A DNA stretch of 64,000 nt from Azolla caroliniana (lineage: Eukaryota > Plantae > Polypodiophyta): contig JBHGNT010000006.1 in the NCBI GenBank assembly GCA_043228905.1, forward strand, positions 20,646,001 through 20,710,000. The letters run 5' to 3'. The translations under genes and the position numbers were made by a program. Below the pieces are notes generated by a model. It saw only the letters and a program-made list of their open reading frames with translations. It was not told where the DNA came from and made no database searches. Shown piece after piece: positions 28,101-40,819 of this stretch; position 1 is the first letter of the stretch, and every line of letters starts with the position of its first letter.

Positions 28101-31100
28101 TACCTGGATGCACAAATATACGAAATGCATGTCCTGGATGATTATTACTAACTTTGCTTAAATTTTCGGGAATGTATGAATTGATGGAATCTTGTCTTCT
28201 CTCAAAAATAAGTCACCGTGAGACATAGTGCTCCTACATACATGTCCATGCAGTATCAATATATGTTATACATGGTTTTGTGCTCAATTGTTGCAAACCT
28301 GCTCTACATCTGCTGCTAAGCGAATTACTGCAGGAAACACTTTTCTGTAGATCTTGTCATAATGCACCTGCTTCATTCAACATTGGTTAAATGCATGAAA
28401 GCCTAGATAAAATGTAATGCACAAAACACTCAAAAGACAACACATACACTTTCTCCAGTACGTGTCCGAGGCCCTTTTGCACAATTCCCCATCATCAGTA
28501 AACACAAAGCATGAAGCAATTCCGATGCACAAACCTTGGTGCTGCGACTACTTGCAGAAAGAGCCAAATCAACAATTCTTGGTAACAAAGAATCTGCAAA
28601 ACCAACCTCTCAAAACTAATAGAATTACCTTCCGTATGCCTATAGTTAATATGATTATGGATTTGCACTTCCAGGGAGTATCTAGCTGTGTAGTTGAGGC
28701 AATTCATATGAAACAAAGACAAATTCTATGGGTATCATTTCTCAGTAGACCACAAGAATTATGGTGATCCAACACATTCCGGTTGCAAGTCTAACAGCAC
28801 TACTACAGTATCTAAGCATCTCTGTTGAAAGTACCATGATCCCCATTGGAGTTCTTAAGAACTTCCAAGTTATATAACATGCTAGAACTGTCTGTGTGTC
28901 TGTGTGTCTGTGTGTCTGTGTCTGTGTCTGTGTCTGTGTCTGTGTCTGTGTCTGTGTCTGTGTCTGTGTCTGTGTCTGTGTCTGTGTCTGTGTCTGTGTC
29001 TGTGTCTGTGTCTGTGTCTGTGTCTGTCTGTGTCTGTGTCTGTGTCTGTGTGTCTGTGTGTATGTGTGTCTGTGTGTATGTGTGTCTGTGTGTGGGTGTG
29101 TGCGTGCGTGCGCGTGTGCGTGTGCGTGTTGGGGATGTGTGCATGTGGGTGTGGGTGTGGGTGGGTGTGTCTGTGCATGTGTGTCTGTCTTCCTGTGTGT
29201 ATGGCTCTGTGTGTGTGTGTGTATTATTCATTTACTTATTTACATCAATGGCTCAAAGAGACCTGTAAAATATTTCTATTTTTTCTTTGCCAATGCAAGC
29301 AACAAAAGAATGTCTTCTATATGAACTTCTTAAAACCAAACAGTTTAAAATGTATTTCATGAATCGTGAATAATTAGCATGTATGTTTGGTGCCTGATCT
29401 TTGGAGCTGATATTGTTGCCCTCTGAAAATATCCATCATGGGGTGATCGAATATGGAAAGGCTGGTGGGATGAAGTGGGCATATCTGATAACTTGGGATG
29501 ATGATGCTTTGATCTTCTGAAGATATGCACATCTGAGTCCTGGTCCCAGTTTGCCTCTCTGACATTCAAGACAACGAGAAACGGCTCTAGTTGTCATGAA
29601 TCCCACTCTTAATCCACTTTGGATTTGGCTGGGGTGTATGATTGTACATCAAGAGGAGAGTCAGTAGTACCTGTGGAATAAATCTGTCAAAGTTATCTGC
29701 CTAGATGGATTGGTGAGTGTATTGTCTGTAGTTTACTATGGAGTACATGGATGTCATCCTATGAGCACACTCATGGGCTGATGCCGCTGATCTACTCACA
29801 TTCTACCTCTCCTAGATACGTTTTCTTTTGCCCATTCTATTCCCCACATTATGGACTTCTGTAAGATTCATAGGGATGTAACTTTTCTCTCATAGGTCAT
29901 TTTGGCCTTTTGAAAAGGGCCGTTGAACATCTCATTTCATTTGTCTCCATATCTCCATAAAGAAGAGCGCTAAGCATTATTTGGTCATTGTATAACATCA
30001 CTTTACAGAGAGTTACAAATCCTTAGATCTAATAGACAAGGCAATGACATGTAATGATGCTCAGATTCATCTTTATCACAACAAAACTGGCAGACCAAAT
30101 CTTCTAAAGTTATATGCACATATCATCCAATCTCTATCCTCAGCTGCTGACATGAGGTCCAGATCTGCCCTACCATCATGCAAAAGGGCATGTGACATGT
30201 ATGTCTCCATATTCTTGGCTTGAATATTGAAAACATCAAAGGAAATATGTAAGATTCCAATCACATAAACAGATATGAAAACAAATGTTTGGAAGTACAC
30301 CAAGAAGCAGCTGTGATTTTGAATAAAGCTAATTTAGATCTATACCTAGCCATACATCAGCTTTATCATCCCTGAATGGTAAAATAAACTTGATATGCTC
30401 GGTTGTGTCCCATGCTAAACCACCAGTTCCTGCAACTTGAAGAAGGCTGACATCTTGGACAAGATAATGAGCATGCATCCCTATACGGCCCAGAAACCTT
30501 TGTATTCTGATTTGAGTTTCCTGTAATGCATCAGACTGGAAATGGAAATTTTCAGCTATGTCAAACACAATTTACACGCTGTAAATCAATAAATTCAAGT
30601 ACTATACATCCAGCTTGCATTATTGTTTATCTTACCTGAAAAAGAGCTTTTCTTTCTCTTTTGATTCTATGATGAGACAGATTTCTGTTACTGGAATCAA
30701 GAAGATTATCTTCAAAAGAAGACTGTGATCCCACCTCCATGGCAGAAGCTACCAATGTGATGGAGAGATAATTGTTAAAGCATGGAACAATCTGATATAG
30801 CCATACATCTAACTCACTTTTGCTAAATATGATCCATCTTTCTAAAGCATCCATGGCAACACTGGCCAAAGGATTATATGTGCAGGTCGTTAAGGACATA
30901 ACTGTGATAATAATGCACTGAAACTTGAGCGAACATATATACACTGCAAAATGAGAAACTGCTCTTATAATGAAAAGCGAACAAGCATGGATATCTCAAG
31001 CCCATTTTCAGAGCCACTTTTACTGGCTCAACTAATACCGAAAGTTTTATTAGGGAAGGTGGTGATGATAAACACAGGTAAAGACATGATGCCAACAGTT

Positions 31101-34100
31101 CCAGCTTGTAACGTTTGCTAGAAATAAGCACTTCCTGAAGATAACGTCGAAACAAATCCTGGCAGATTATATACTCTTCTTCTAGCTTTTGTTGACTATT
31201 TAATACTGAAACTGACTGCTCCTGCATGCCAACCAAATACAACCTAAAATAAGAAGAAAATGAATTGAAAAGGCCTCAATAGCAACTGTACTTCATTGTT
31301 AATGGAACCTGCTCTTTGAGAGAAATAATATTGTCCATTGAGACTTGCTGTGTGACATTCTTGAAATAGCCATATTTATCTGCTGTCTTTATTAGTACTG
31401 CAAGCAACTTATAAAAGCCACTAAGAAGTGGATAGTTACTTGAAAGTTCCACAAGCAATCTCCCAAATGGAAGAACCCACTTTGGAAAGAAGGGCATTGA
31501 ATCACTGGAGCCACACCAAAAATATTAATGTTAAATTTGAACATATAAACTGTGTCAACAAAACATCATACCTTGATAAAAGATCCTGAACAAACTCTAC
31601 CTACAAAAAGACACGATTTTTGCAATTAGATATTATATCTAGTGCAAAAATTATAAGACGTTGTGTACAACTATCCTCATAGTTCAAAACGATCCTATGA
31701 AGCTATTCTAATGCCCAGATTGAGGAAGTATTTATCACGTGCAGAGGATTGGTCAATTTATACAGAAATGCATTTCGTGATTTTGCTTACCAAGTTCAAA
31801 AATTTCTTCATATCTTTGTCATTTATAGGTTCTACTGTATTCTTGTCACTATCCAATTCTGAAATCACTTCATCGTCATCTAGACCATAATAGCATTTGT
31901 GAATTAGACCACTTGAAATATTAACAGCCAAAACATTAATCAATGTTTATAAATACCTTCTTTCACATTCTCAGTGTCTGTTCTTCTCATCCGCTTAACT
32001 CTGTACTTTAGATTTAGCTCTTGTAATACCTTCATCACACATATGATCATTGCATCAAAAATCTTTTCTTGCATTTCTATTAAGCATAATGCCTCCTCTG
32101 ATGTTTCCTCTCTTTGTTGAGATTTTGCATTTTCAAGATCTATTAGCTTTGACCAGAGCTCCGTATAACTCTTCCACAAGTCCATTCCTAGATTCTCTTG
32201 ATTGATGCTCATTGGCTCTATAGCTCGTTGTAACGATGACCAAACTATTTGAAGCCAAAAAAAAATTCCAGAGATCCTCACATTTAGAATCAACAGTATC
32301 ACAAATACAGTAGAAAACAGGATAATATATCATCACTAAGTCCTGTAAGACTCTCGCTCCCAATATCACCTACCACACTGCCTTACGTCTTACAGGCGCG
32401 ATGATTTTCAACACTCATCTAACAGTGCTTCTTTCCTCCTGTATTTATCACATCAAAATTCCCTATTTCCCAGAGAGCACAATGTGTTCAGATGCTTATG
32501 CACAGAATCCAATGCTCTCAGAATATTAACAAATGGCTGTATTGCCGTTTAGTTGAAAAAGATGAAAACAGTTTATGCAAGAACACCATCTGATTTCCAG
32601 AATCTGGTTGGTTCAGGTTAGAACAGCTTGCCTTAAGGAGATAAAATATTAGATCAGTTAAATATTCCCACACCTTATACTTGTTAGTTCAAATGGGTAA
32701 ATTTGACTCCCTACACTGAGGACATTAAAACATTTCACTTACAAATAGGAAATGGAAACAACACTTGATGAAAGAGTTCTAACATTCATCCGCTCAAATA
32801 TATAAACTATCCTTACTCATGACTCGCTAGTTGCATTACCTTGAATTGCTTTTATGCACATTCAGTCTCAAAATTTGAGCATTACCATCAGCGGTGTAAT
32901 TCATGCTCAAGTGGAATTGCTACCAGCACGACATTTAGATAACCCTCCAGTGGACTAGATACCCATTGCCTTCTGAACCAACTCCACAATTACTCTATCA
33001 TCATTAGATCAGAACTACCATTGTAGCCATGTGCAATTTGCACTCTCACAATTCTAATAGGCAGCTTGGCTTGCTGATTATTAAGCAACATAGCTCATTC
33101 CCCACCATCCACAGGCCTAATCTTCTTGATCCGATAGGTTGCCAGCCAGCAACATGGTTCCCCCTTTCCATCTCTTGAGTCTTAACTCAATACTATATTT
33201 GTATGTTCTTCCATTTGTAGTGTGCAGAAAACTCAAAAACTTTGTTTATGCAGCTTCTGAAATGGATGGCTAGTATGCTGGTGTAATGAACGCTTCCCAA
33301 ATGACCAGTGGGTGGAAGGAAGAGGATCAAAGTAATATGAACATCTGAAATGTGCCTGACTACAGGGGCTGCAAACTTTGATTTGAAAATGCCAAGATAC
33401 TGTGGCAAAGTACACAGGTATGGTTGAATGAAAAACATGTTTTATTTGGTTTCCATGGGTATCAAATGTATGTTAACCACAAACAGAATGGGGTAGCAAA
33501 ATGGAACAAAGCCCTTATCATCCTCAATGACAATAAATTCAACTTTTCAAGTCTTCATCATTATAAAATAAAAAATGCCGAAAATAAAAAGTGTAACTCC
33601 AATGTGTTGAAGTTGACAAAAGAAACCATGTGAGAAGAAGAGGCACAAAGCTCAGAATGAGAGAGGCAGAGGAGAAATCCAACGATGTTATCTAACACTT
33701 AACTTTCTTTGTTTTTTCCCCGTGCCCTTTAAATTTAGGCTAAACATATATTTTACATGAAGGATGGTTTCATTTACACTATCCGTGTTTTACCCAAGGC
33801 ATATTTCACACATGCATCTTACTCTCATATTTTGTGATTCTAGAACCGCCCTCGACGCCACCATATCATGAATAGAATGTGAATATTTATGTATAAACAA
33901 AATATTCCAAGGCATTTTTCCAATGCATTTCTTTTAATGAACTAAAACTAGATGCTGTTTAGACAAAATATCCACCTTGATTGTTCATAATCTGTGACTC
34001 TCACATGTATATATGATCCATAGCCTAATCAATCATATAATGGTGGATATGATAGGTAGCTTAGTTTTTTTATACACTCACAGATCTCCCAGTAGATATT

Positions 34101-37100
34101 CCTCTTCAAACTTCCACATCCTATCCCAGACTGGAGCTCTCAATCATACTCTATTTCTCTTCCTCTGAAATCCCCCCAAGTTACAACCTAAAGCTGCTGT
34201 ACCACTTCCTTGGGTCATCATCATTCCAGGATGCATCATGGTTTTTGTGCAACACTAAATAGAGAAGACAAATAATAACGACACCTCAGAAAGAGCGAGG
34301 AAGACCTAAGAATCAAACAAAGAATGTGCAGAAATTAGGTTTCATAAGGTGATACCTATGTTTTTCAGAAACACAATAAAGGTAGCTCCCTTTTTAACAA
34401 GCGCCCTAAACAAGTCTTGAATAGTGAAATAAACTGCCAGTTTCTGTTTTGGAAATAGATAGGGAAATTTGAAGAAGATATTGCCCACAGCCTGCGAGAA
34501 AATTTAGGTCAACAATAAGTAAGGCTGATAAGCAATACCAAAGAGCATATCAAAATCAACATATTTCAATACCTCTGCAACAATGGTGACAATATAATTA
34601 TCAATATCCTCAAGATTCCCAATGATGTCCGTGACAGTGCTCACAAGGGTCACTAAGAAACCAATGGATTCATCTTGCACATCATTTATCCTAAAGTAAG
34701 AAGTAGTTAATTGATCAATTTATTGCCTCATTTGAGTGGAATTGGAAACAACGTGGAACTACTTTAACCATACACAAGAAAGACAAATAGTTACACCATG
34801 AAAATCATTACAACAGTAAAGCATATGCCTCAATATTCTCAATAAACAATAATATACCATGACAACAGAACTCAAAAGAAAAGGTACAGAAACTAAGCTC
34901 AGACTTCAGGAAACATCTAAAAAACAATAACACGAATGTAAATTGAACTAGCCACTGTAGCCAGAGATATATAAAGAAACATTCACAGATTCTTTCAGAT
35001 TCTTTAGAAAAAGAAGAGGACGCAATAAACACAATTATAAAAAAGTTGCCTACACTCAAATCTATTCTTGGTCACTATCTCAAAACAAAGTTCAAACACA
35101 TATTGCCACACCAAAAGACTAATAATGAGGTTATATGAAATAAGATACCTTTGAGAGAAGGATGCAAATGCAACAACTCTCTGAAATGCTTGTTGAAGGA
35201 CATCCTTCCCTGAAAATCTCATAATGGCAGGTGATAACTTTCCAATCATGTGCACAGCAAGAGAGATCATTTTGGCACTTTCACCTTCAGCATCCAATAC
35301 ACCTAAGGCATGAACAAATAATTTCTGCGAGCAGATCCTAAATTTCAAGAGTTTGTATGTAACAAATTGAGTAAGCGAAAACAATTTGGGCATACCTTAT
35401 AAACATCTTGGGGATTCTTTATACGAGGGTCTCCAGAAGACAGACATATTGCGATCTGTGATGAATGCCAAAAGAAGTAAATTTAAATTTAAATAGGTGG
35501 GAACAAGGATTGATAGTTAAACTCTCTGAAGTAGTAGGTCTAACAAATGAGGAAAGAGGATACAAGAGGCCATAATCATATTAAATAGATAGATGCAAAA
35601 AAATAATGTAATTGAAACCCATACTTGGTATATAAATTCATTGAAGGCTGGCAATGCGTCACTTCTTAGTTGAGCATTCACATGGGTGCTATATAGTTCA
35701 AGAAGTAACCATAAGATATCAATGCCTCATTAAACAATATTTCTATTATTGCATTATTTAGTCAGTCATCATATATAAATATATCTCTCACCAATAAGCC
35801 TCCAACCACTTAAGGAAAATCATACAATCTTCTAAAAGCCGTAGCCGAAAAAGACAAGCATGCCTAGAGAGCAATCGCAAGCCAGCTGTCAAACAAATAA
35901 GGTGCACATTATCGATGTAGAGTTTGTAGTAAACATAAAGGAAGGAAATTTGCCTATTCTGTCTGACCAAAATATGATTTTGCCAAGTGAACCCTGTTGC
36001 ACTTGAATCTTGGACTACATTGCTACACTATTTCCTATATATGACAAATTATTCTCATAGGTTGTGATGAAGAGGCCACAACAAAATTCAACAGACAAAA
36101 AAAGAAATCATTTATTTTCTTCCCAACAAACACATTGTGAGAACTCTAACCTTTAACCATTTCATATCTTTTTAGATCCTCTCTAAAATAAAGTGCTTGC
36201 TCAATATATGAGTAGATTCTTCTTGATGCTTCAACTGAGCCTGTGTCACAACAAAAAACAATTGAGACAAGTGAATAAATTTCCTAAACTGGTAAAAACA
36301 TTGAGATGGATATTTCCAGGATCTACCTCCGGCTGGGACTGTCCTATCAAACCACATGAGAAGCCCATCTAAGCACTTGATTGCCCCTGCAACTAGGACA
36401 AAAGAAGGGCCTTTTCCTTTCTGCTTCAATTGTTCATCCAAAGCATCAAGACAAATATTCAAACTGGTGATTATGTTCTCCTCTTCAAAACGTGAAGGAA
36501 AACATTCTACCATGCCACCAAGCAGCACCAATATATTTGATCTTACTGCAGCAAACATGGTTGCTCAATATTATCAAATGTGATGCTACAGGACCAGTCA
36601 TCAGTATATATGATTATCTTCTACGATGTAAAGAACATAAACAACACAACAAACATGTTCCAGAAGACTTTGCTTTTGGATACTCCTTAAGGAAGACTCT
36701 GGCCACAGTCCAGTCCAAGGAGAACGTGAAGAAATCACGATTCTGCGTGAGCAACTGCAGAACAGAAATTAAAGGAAGCAAAGATGCTGCCTGCACCGAC
36801 TTGGATTCATCCCTTTGGAACACATTAATGCATTGGTCCTGAATTAACAGGAAGACATTAAAATATTATAGATGACTCATGGCCTTTATAGAGTTTCTAT
36901 TCATAATTATAGGGCTGTCTGCAGAAATCTACTAAATACATAAGTTACATAATAGATATGCAGAGTTAGTATATCACGAACTCTGAACATTTATTTTAGT
37001 CTGAAAACAAAGGTTTCCTTTCTTATCAATTTGCACAAGCTTCCAACATGCCATTAACAATTAATTCTTCAGAGATGACAACAGCATATTCCAGGGGAGT

Positions 37101-38876
37101 TCTTGTTCCCTAAAATCTACATTACCATAATAAGTATACCTCTATTTAAGCAAATCTCTATGTGAAACCATCATTAGCAATGTCATCAGTCATTCTTACA
37201 AACAACGGTAAATCTTGATGGTGCCCTCAGGCTACTTGCAGTTCCTAAACAATTTTCATGTCCTTTAAAAGTGGCATAACCAAATCTAGAAGAGCATTCT
37301 ACACCACCATATAAATATCAAACACCACATTAATCCACTCCTGCTCATCCACAAATGTTCCAACGAAATCATCATGAATGTAAGCTAGCCATTCATGTAT
37401 GATGGTATGCCTCAAGTGTATGCAAGCACAATCTAGCCTCACATTGATTGATGGTGCATGATGCAGAATTGGTGGACTAAATTTATGTATAGTGAAATAG
37501 TCCCCCAGAATTGGTGGTCGACTGTGAATTGACCCCTGATTGAACAGAGCTGTAATTCTCCGTCTCATCTTCTCGCAGTGTTCTATCTTCCCTGCAGTAA
37601 TATAGATTCAACATTCTGACAACAGCAAAGGTTTGACGGAATTCCCCATATGGGTTGTCTGATCAGTCCTTGCTGAACAGCGCAGGTTACTTTCTCTATG
37701 TTCAAGGTTACTGTTCATGGGAGAGGGTATAAACATGCTCAAATAGCACATTAAGTTCTTATCTACCTCTAGATGGAGTGCACATATTATAGAACTACTC
37801 AACTTGATGCATAACATACAGTCTACTTGGATCTCATGAGATGGCAGATGTATCACATTCAAGTCCATGGCATAGTATGACAATAATCTCTCCTAATTGC
37901 TTAAATAATGACAAGTAATGAGTTAACCAAATTGAAGATAAAGAAAGGCCACACCAACCCATCCATATCCCCCACCCCGATGCCAATCACCATTCACACC
38001 AGGAGCAACCAACAAATGTTGGCACTTGAGGTAGGCAACAACCACAACTATCATAGAGAGGCGCATCCACAGCAAGAGATAACGAAGAGAGTAGAATAAA
38101 CAATTAGACGTACTCCAATGGAAGCCTTCCCTTTACATATCCAATCCCATGGAATTTCAACTTGTAATTTATAGGCATGTGGCCCAGATATGTGATGACT
38201 TCATACGCCATTAGATCAATAAAATTTTCCATGAATCCAGTATATATCCTTCGTTCTTTCCCAACACATGTTCCATGCTTCACGTGTTCCTGATCTGATT
38301 ATATCACATTTACCTACCCCGAATGCCAACACTGGAATTTGGTATTAAGGGCTGAACAAACCAGGATGCCAACTTGTGTATTCCCAACAAGTTCTTGCAG
38401 GGGATACAAAATAAGCCATAAACCACATCTCAAAATTCAAAGATAATGGCATGTCATTGTATGCAATGCGTCAGCTACTTGTTCCAGAAACAATAACCCA
38501 ATGCAATGCAATAATACAAAAATGTGGGAGAAAAAGCTCACACCTTTATGAACGGAACATACAGAGCAACCCTCACATTCGCCTTTCTAACAAAATCAGA
38601 CACAAACACTAAACAACTTTCTCTGCCTTTTTGTACACTCCTTTCCCGGTTAAGCATGAGCCTCTGTATAACGTCGAATATCCCTGTCGCTGGATCAAAC
38701 ACCGTGGCTAATGCAAGAGATATATCTTCATCTGTTATTAGGTCTTCACAAAGGTCTGAGATGTCGCGTATTATTTCGGTTATGTCAGAAGAAGAAGAAG
38801 AAGAAGAAGCGCCTCTCTGTGCAGCTTCTGCTTCCTCTCGGAGAGATGAGAAGTAGCGGGAAAGCTTTTGATCCAT
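13193..38876 (-). CDS. PRKDC: DNA-dependent protein kinase catalytic subunit (DNA-PKcs), 30 coding exons, ~4,040 aa
   Basis: PIKK kinase motifs (KGGEDLRLDQRIEQIF, GDRHLSN, PIDFG, PVPELVPFRMTRQ). FATC end [20 protein letters not shown] versus human [20 protein letters not shown]. DNA-PKcs-specific PLSECEFKEYTID and YRVGELPDI. Approximate exons: 38876-38544, 36838-36655, 36545-36326, 36240-36151, 35886-35792, 35688-35625, 35455-35396, 35324-35149, 34690-34573, 34491-34356, 32245-31957, 31879-31791, 31600-31572, 31504-31309, 31221-30995, 30879-30636, 30535-30346, 28593-28448, 28367-28299, 27947-27805, 26689-26626, 24547-24331, 24152-23940, 23785-19803, 19711-19180, 19071-18430, 18330-17835, 17740-17494, 17322-17182, 15676-13193. 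Splice phases join in frame. 28 GT-AG introns and 1 AT-AC intron. Confidence 0.95.
16400..16980 (-). mobile_element. Degraded LINE RT fragment in the last DNA-PKcs intron
   Basis: Minus strand TACCGTTGCTTTGTGAACTCAACAAAGCTTTTGACAC resembles a frameshifted YCCFVDFxKAFDT RT motif. Confidence 0.5.
24168..24320. repeat. ~57-bp unit x ~3, filling most of a DNA-PKcs intron
   Basis: GTCTCA(A/C)AAGTAATCACAT...AGCATGAAA recurs at ~24172, ~24228 and ~24284. Confidence 0.85.
25277..25601. repeat. Near-identical ~163-bp tandem duplication in an intron
   Basis: GAATGCATGACCTTCTGGTCTCTGCCAGACAACC begins at 25277 and at 25440. Confidence 0.95.
28889..29222. repeat. Compound microsatellite (TGTGTC)n/(TG)n/(TGCG)n/(TGGGTG)n in a DNA-PKcs intron
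   Basis: Directly visible. Produces the spurious VSVS/CVCV/HRHR ORFs. Confidence 0.97.
30880..30994 (-). other. U12-type (minor spliceosome) AT-AC intron, 115 bp
   Basis: Donor AG|ATATCCATG, branch point TCCTTAAC (30896-30889), acceptor CTGCAC|A. Splicing gives in-frame KMGLR-YNPLASVAMDALERW. Confidence 0.9.
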
Positions 38877-38878
38877 GA

Positions 38879-38977
38879 TTATATTTGTGTGTTTATGTGT
38901 GTACGCACGCAAACATGTGAGTATGTATGGACTGTACGCAAAATATACATGCGCGTGTGTTGTCTGTCTGTCTGCAT
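38879..38977 (-). promoter_or_regulatory. Candidate uORF (32 aa) ending 2 nt before the DNA-PKcs ATG
   Basis: ATG CAG ACA ... CAA ATA TAA TC ATG. Depends on the TSS lying upstream of 38977. Confidence 0.45.
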
Positions 38978-39109
38978 GTTCTTCTTGCGATGTGATTCTG
39001 CTGAGGAGGAGATGGCTCTCGTTGTCGACGGAGGAAGCAGCGGAAGACAAAAAAGGTGGCAAGAAGAAGAAGAAGAAGAAGAAGAAGAAGAAGAAGAAGG
39101 GGGAAAAAG

Positions 39110-39625
39110 GAAACAGGAACCCTAAATCCTAGGAAAGGTAGGCAGGTGGTATGAAGATGAAGATGAAAGGGAAAGGGAAGGCAGATACAGAAACCCTAAA
39201 CCCTAAGAAAGCTTATATGACTGTATGTTGTATGTACTCTGCTCTCTGTGTGTGCGAGGCGCGTGGCTGATTGATTTGGAGACATTTGTTTTGTTTTTGT
39301 TGCTTGGTTGGAAATGAACAGAGGAAGGAAGGCAGGAGACAGAAACCCTAAACCCTAAGAAAGCTTATATCATATGTATGTATGTTGTATGTACTCTGCT
39401 CTTCTGTGCGTGCCTCCTTGGGTGATTTGATTTGGAGACATTTGTTTTAATTCTGTTGGTTGGTTGGAAGGGAACAGGGGAAGGAAGGCAGGAGACTGAA
39501 ACCCTAAACCCTAGGAAAGCTTATATGTATGTATGGTTTGTATGCACTCTACTACTCTATGTGCGTGGTTCCCTGGGTGATTGATTTGAAGACATTTGTT
39601 TTATTTTTGTTGGTTGGTTGGTTGG
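39110..39625. promoter_or_regulatory. ~152-156 bp unit x3 (+ partial), each with a double telo-box AAACCCTAAACCCTA, upstream of DNA-PKcs
   Basis: AAACCCTAAACCCTA(A/G)GAAAGCTTATAT at 39191, 39343 and 39499, with a degenerate copy at ~39117. Repeat is certain; regulatory role is inferred. Confidence 0.7.
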
Positions 39626-40819
39626 TTTCATTTCCTCTTTGTCTCTATCTCTCTCCCACAATAGTCCGTGTGGTCGGCAACACCTTCGTTTGAGAGTGAC
39701 TTGTTGTTTCGTTAAGTTCTTTCATCGATCGTCTTCTCTCGATAGCAGGTCTTCACATAACTCTACCATCGGCTTAGAACACACGTGATGTTCCTAAAAG
39801 GGCAGCACAACTCTTAAAATGCCCATATCCCCTTTGGACAATGTACATATGAGAATTATCATTCAATTCTCGTGATTTTGCTAAGATAATATGTCATGTT
39901 ACCTTGTGTAGTTTGTGGTTAATGTACATCTTTGGTCAACGCGTGTGATTTCCACTAAAAGGATACAAACTAGAACCACAAGCCCTCCTATTGACTTCGT
40001 GTTCTCTCTTCTCTCCCAATGACAGCAATGTTTTAATGAGTATATGACTGACTATAGGTGATTAAATTTCTGCTCGTAGATGATTAGCAAACTATGGAAA
40101 AAATTTGCAAGGGGAATGAATTCGTGGGTGCATGGAAATGAGACTCAAGTGAATATACGTGTCCACAATGGGCTGTGTTTGAGAGTTTTGTTCTTAATTG
40201 TGTGTTTTGAGACGCCTAAGAAATCTCAACAGTGTGCACATTCTTCGTACACTAAAAGCGTCTCACTCAATAATCTACTAATATGAGGATATAAGGGTGG
40301 TCAGGTCGATCATCTACGCATTTTACCCTCTTGCGTGATCCATCTACTACTATTGTGCGACAAGACATTTATAATTGCGCCACATCTCACAATCACAACA
40401 CCAGACATTGACAATGAAACTAGCTTCAATCGGATTTGATCATGGGATGATATACGACAATTGCACCATATCTCACAATCACAACACCAAACATGTCCAT
40501 GGACTATAGCTTAGATTGAGCTTGATCCTAGGAATGATGGATGGTTCTGCTCCAAAGTCTGCAAGGCATAAGGAATAAAGGAGAAGAGAAACATCTCATC
40601 CCTACCTCTCAACATAAGAATAAACAGGAGAACCAATCGGAAGAAACAGCCATGAACAAGAGGCTTCCTTGCAGTGCATGCATACACACAACGCCATCAT
40701 CAAAATAAGAATAAATTCATGTTCATATATATATATATAACTACATATACTTCAGGCCATTATAAAGCCCGGCCAGATTTACAAATTATTCCAACACTTG
40801 TTTTCAAAAATTCAGCAAA

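Noticed and set aside
28812-29362. Five overlapping low-complexity ORFs
   Set aside because: Translations of the microsatellite.
34691-35148. DNA-PKcs intron with donor GTATCTTA (and GTATCACC at ~34355) as possible GT-AG U12 introns
   Set aside because: Donors deviate from GTATCCTT and there is no TCCTTAAC-like branch point near the acceptors. Treated as U2.
37250-37900. Possible LINE remnants in DNA-PKcs intron 1 (similar hints at ~25780-26260, ~29560-29860, ~32800-33400)
   Set aside because: Composition is suggestive but no motif could be identified with confidence by eye.
38877-39062. In-frame N-terminal extension of DNA-PKcs in the ORF track
   Set aside because: Begins at TTG with no in-frame ATG upstream of 38876. 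Sequence looks like 5'UTR.
39191-39513. Telomere or interstitial telomeric array
   Set aside because: Only two repeat units per site, embedded in a larger tandem unit, so telo-box scale.
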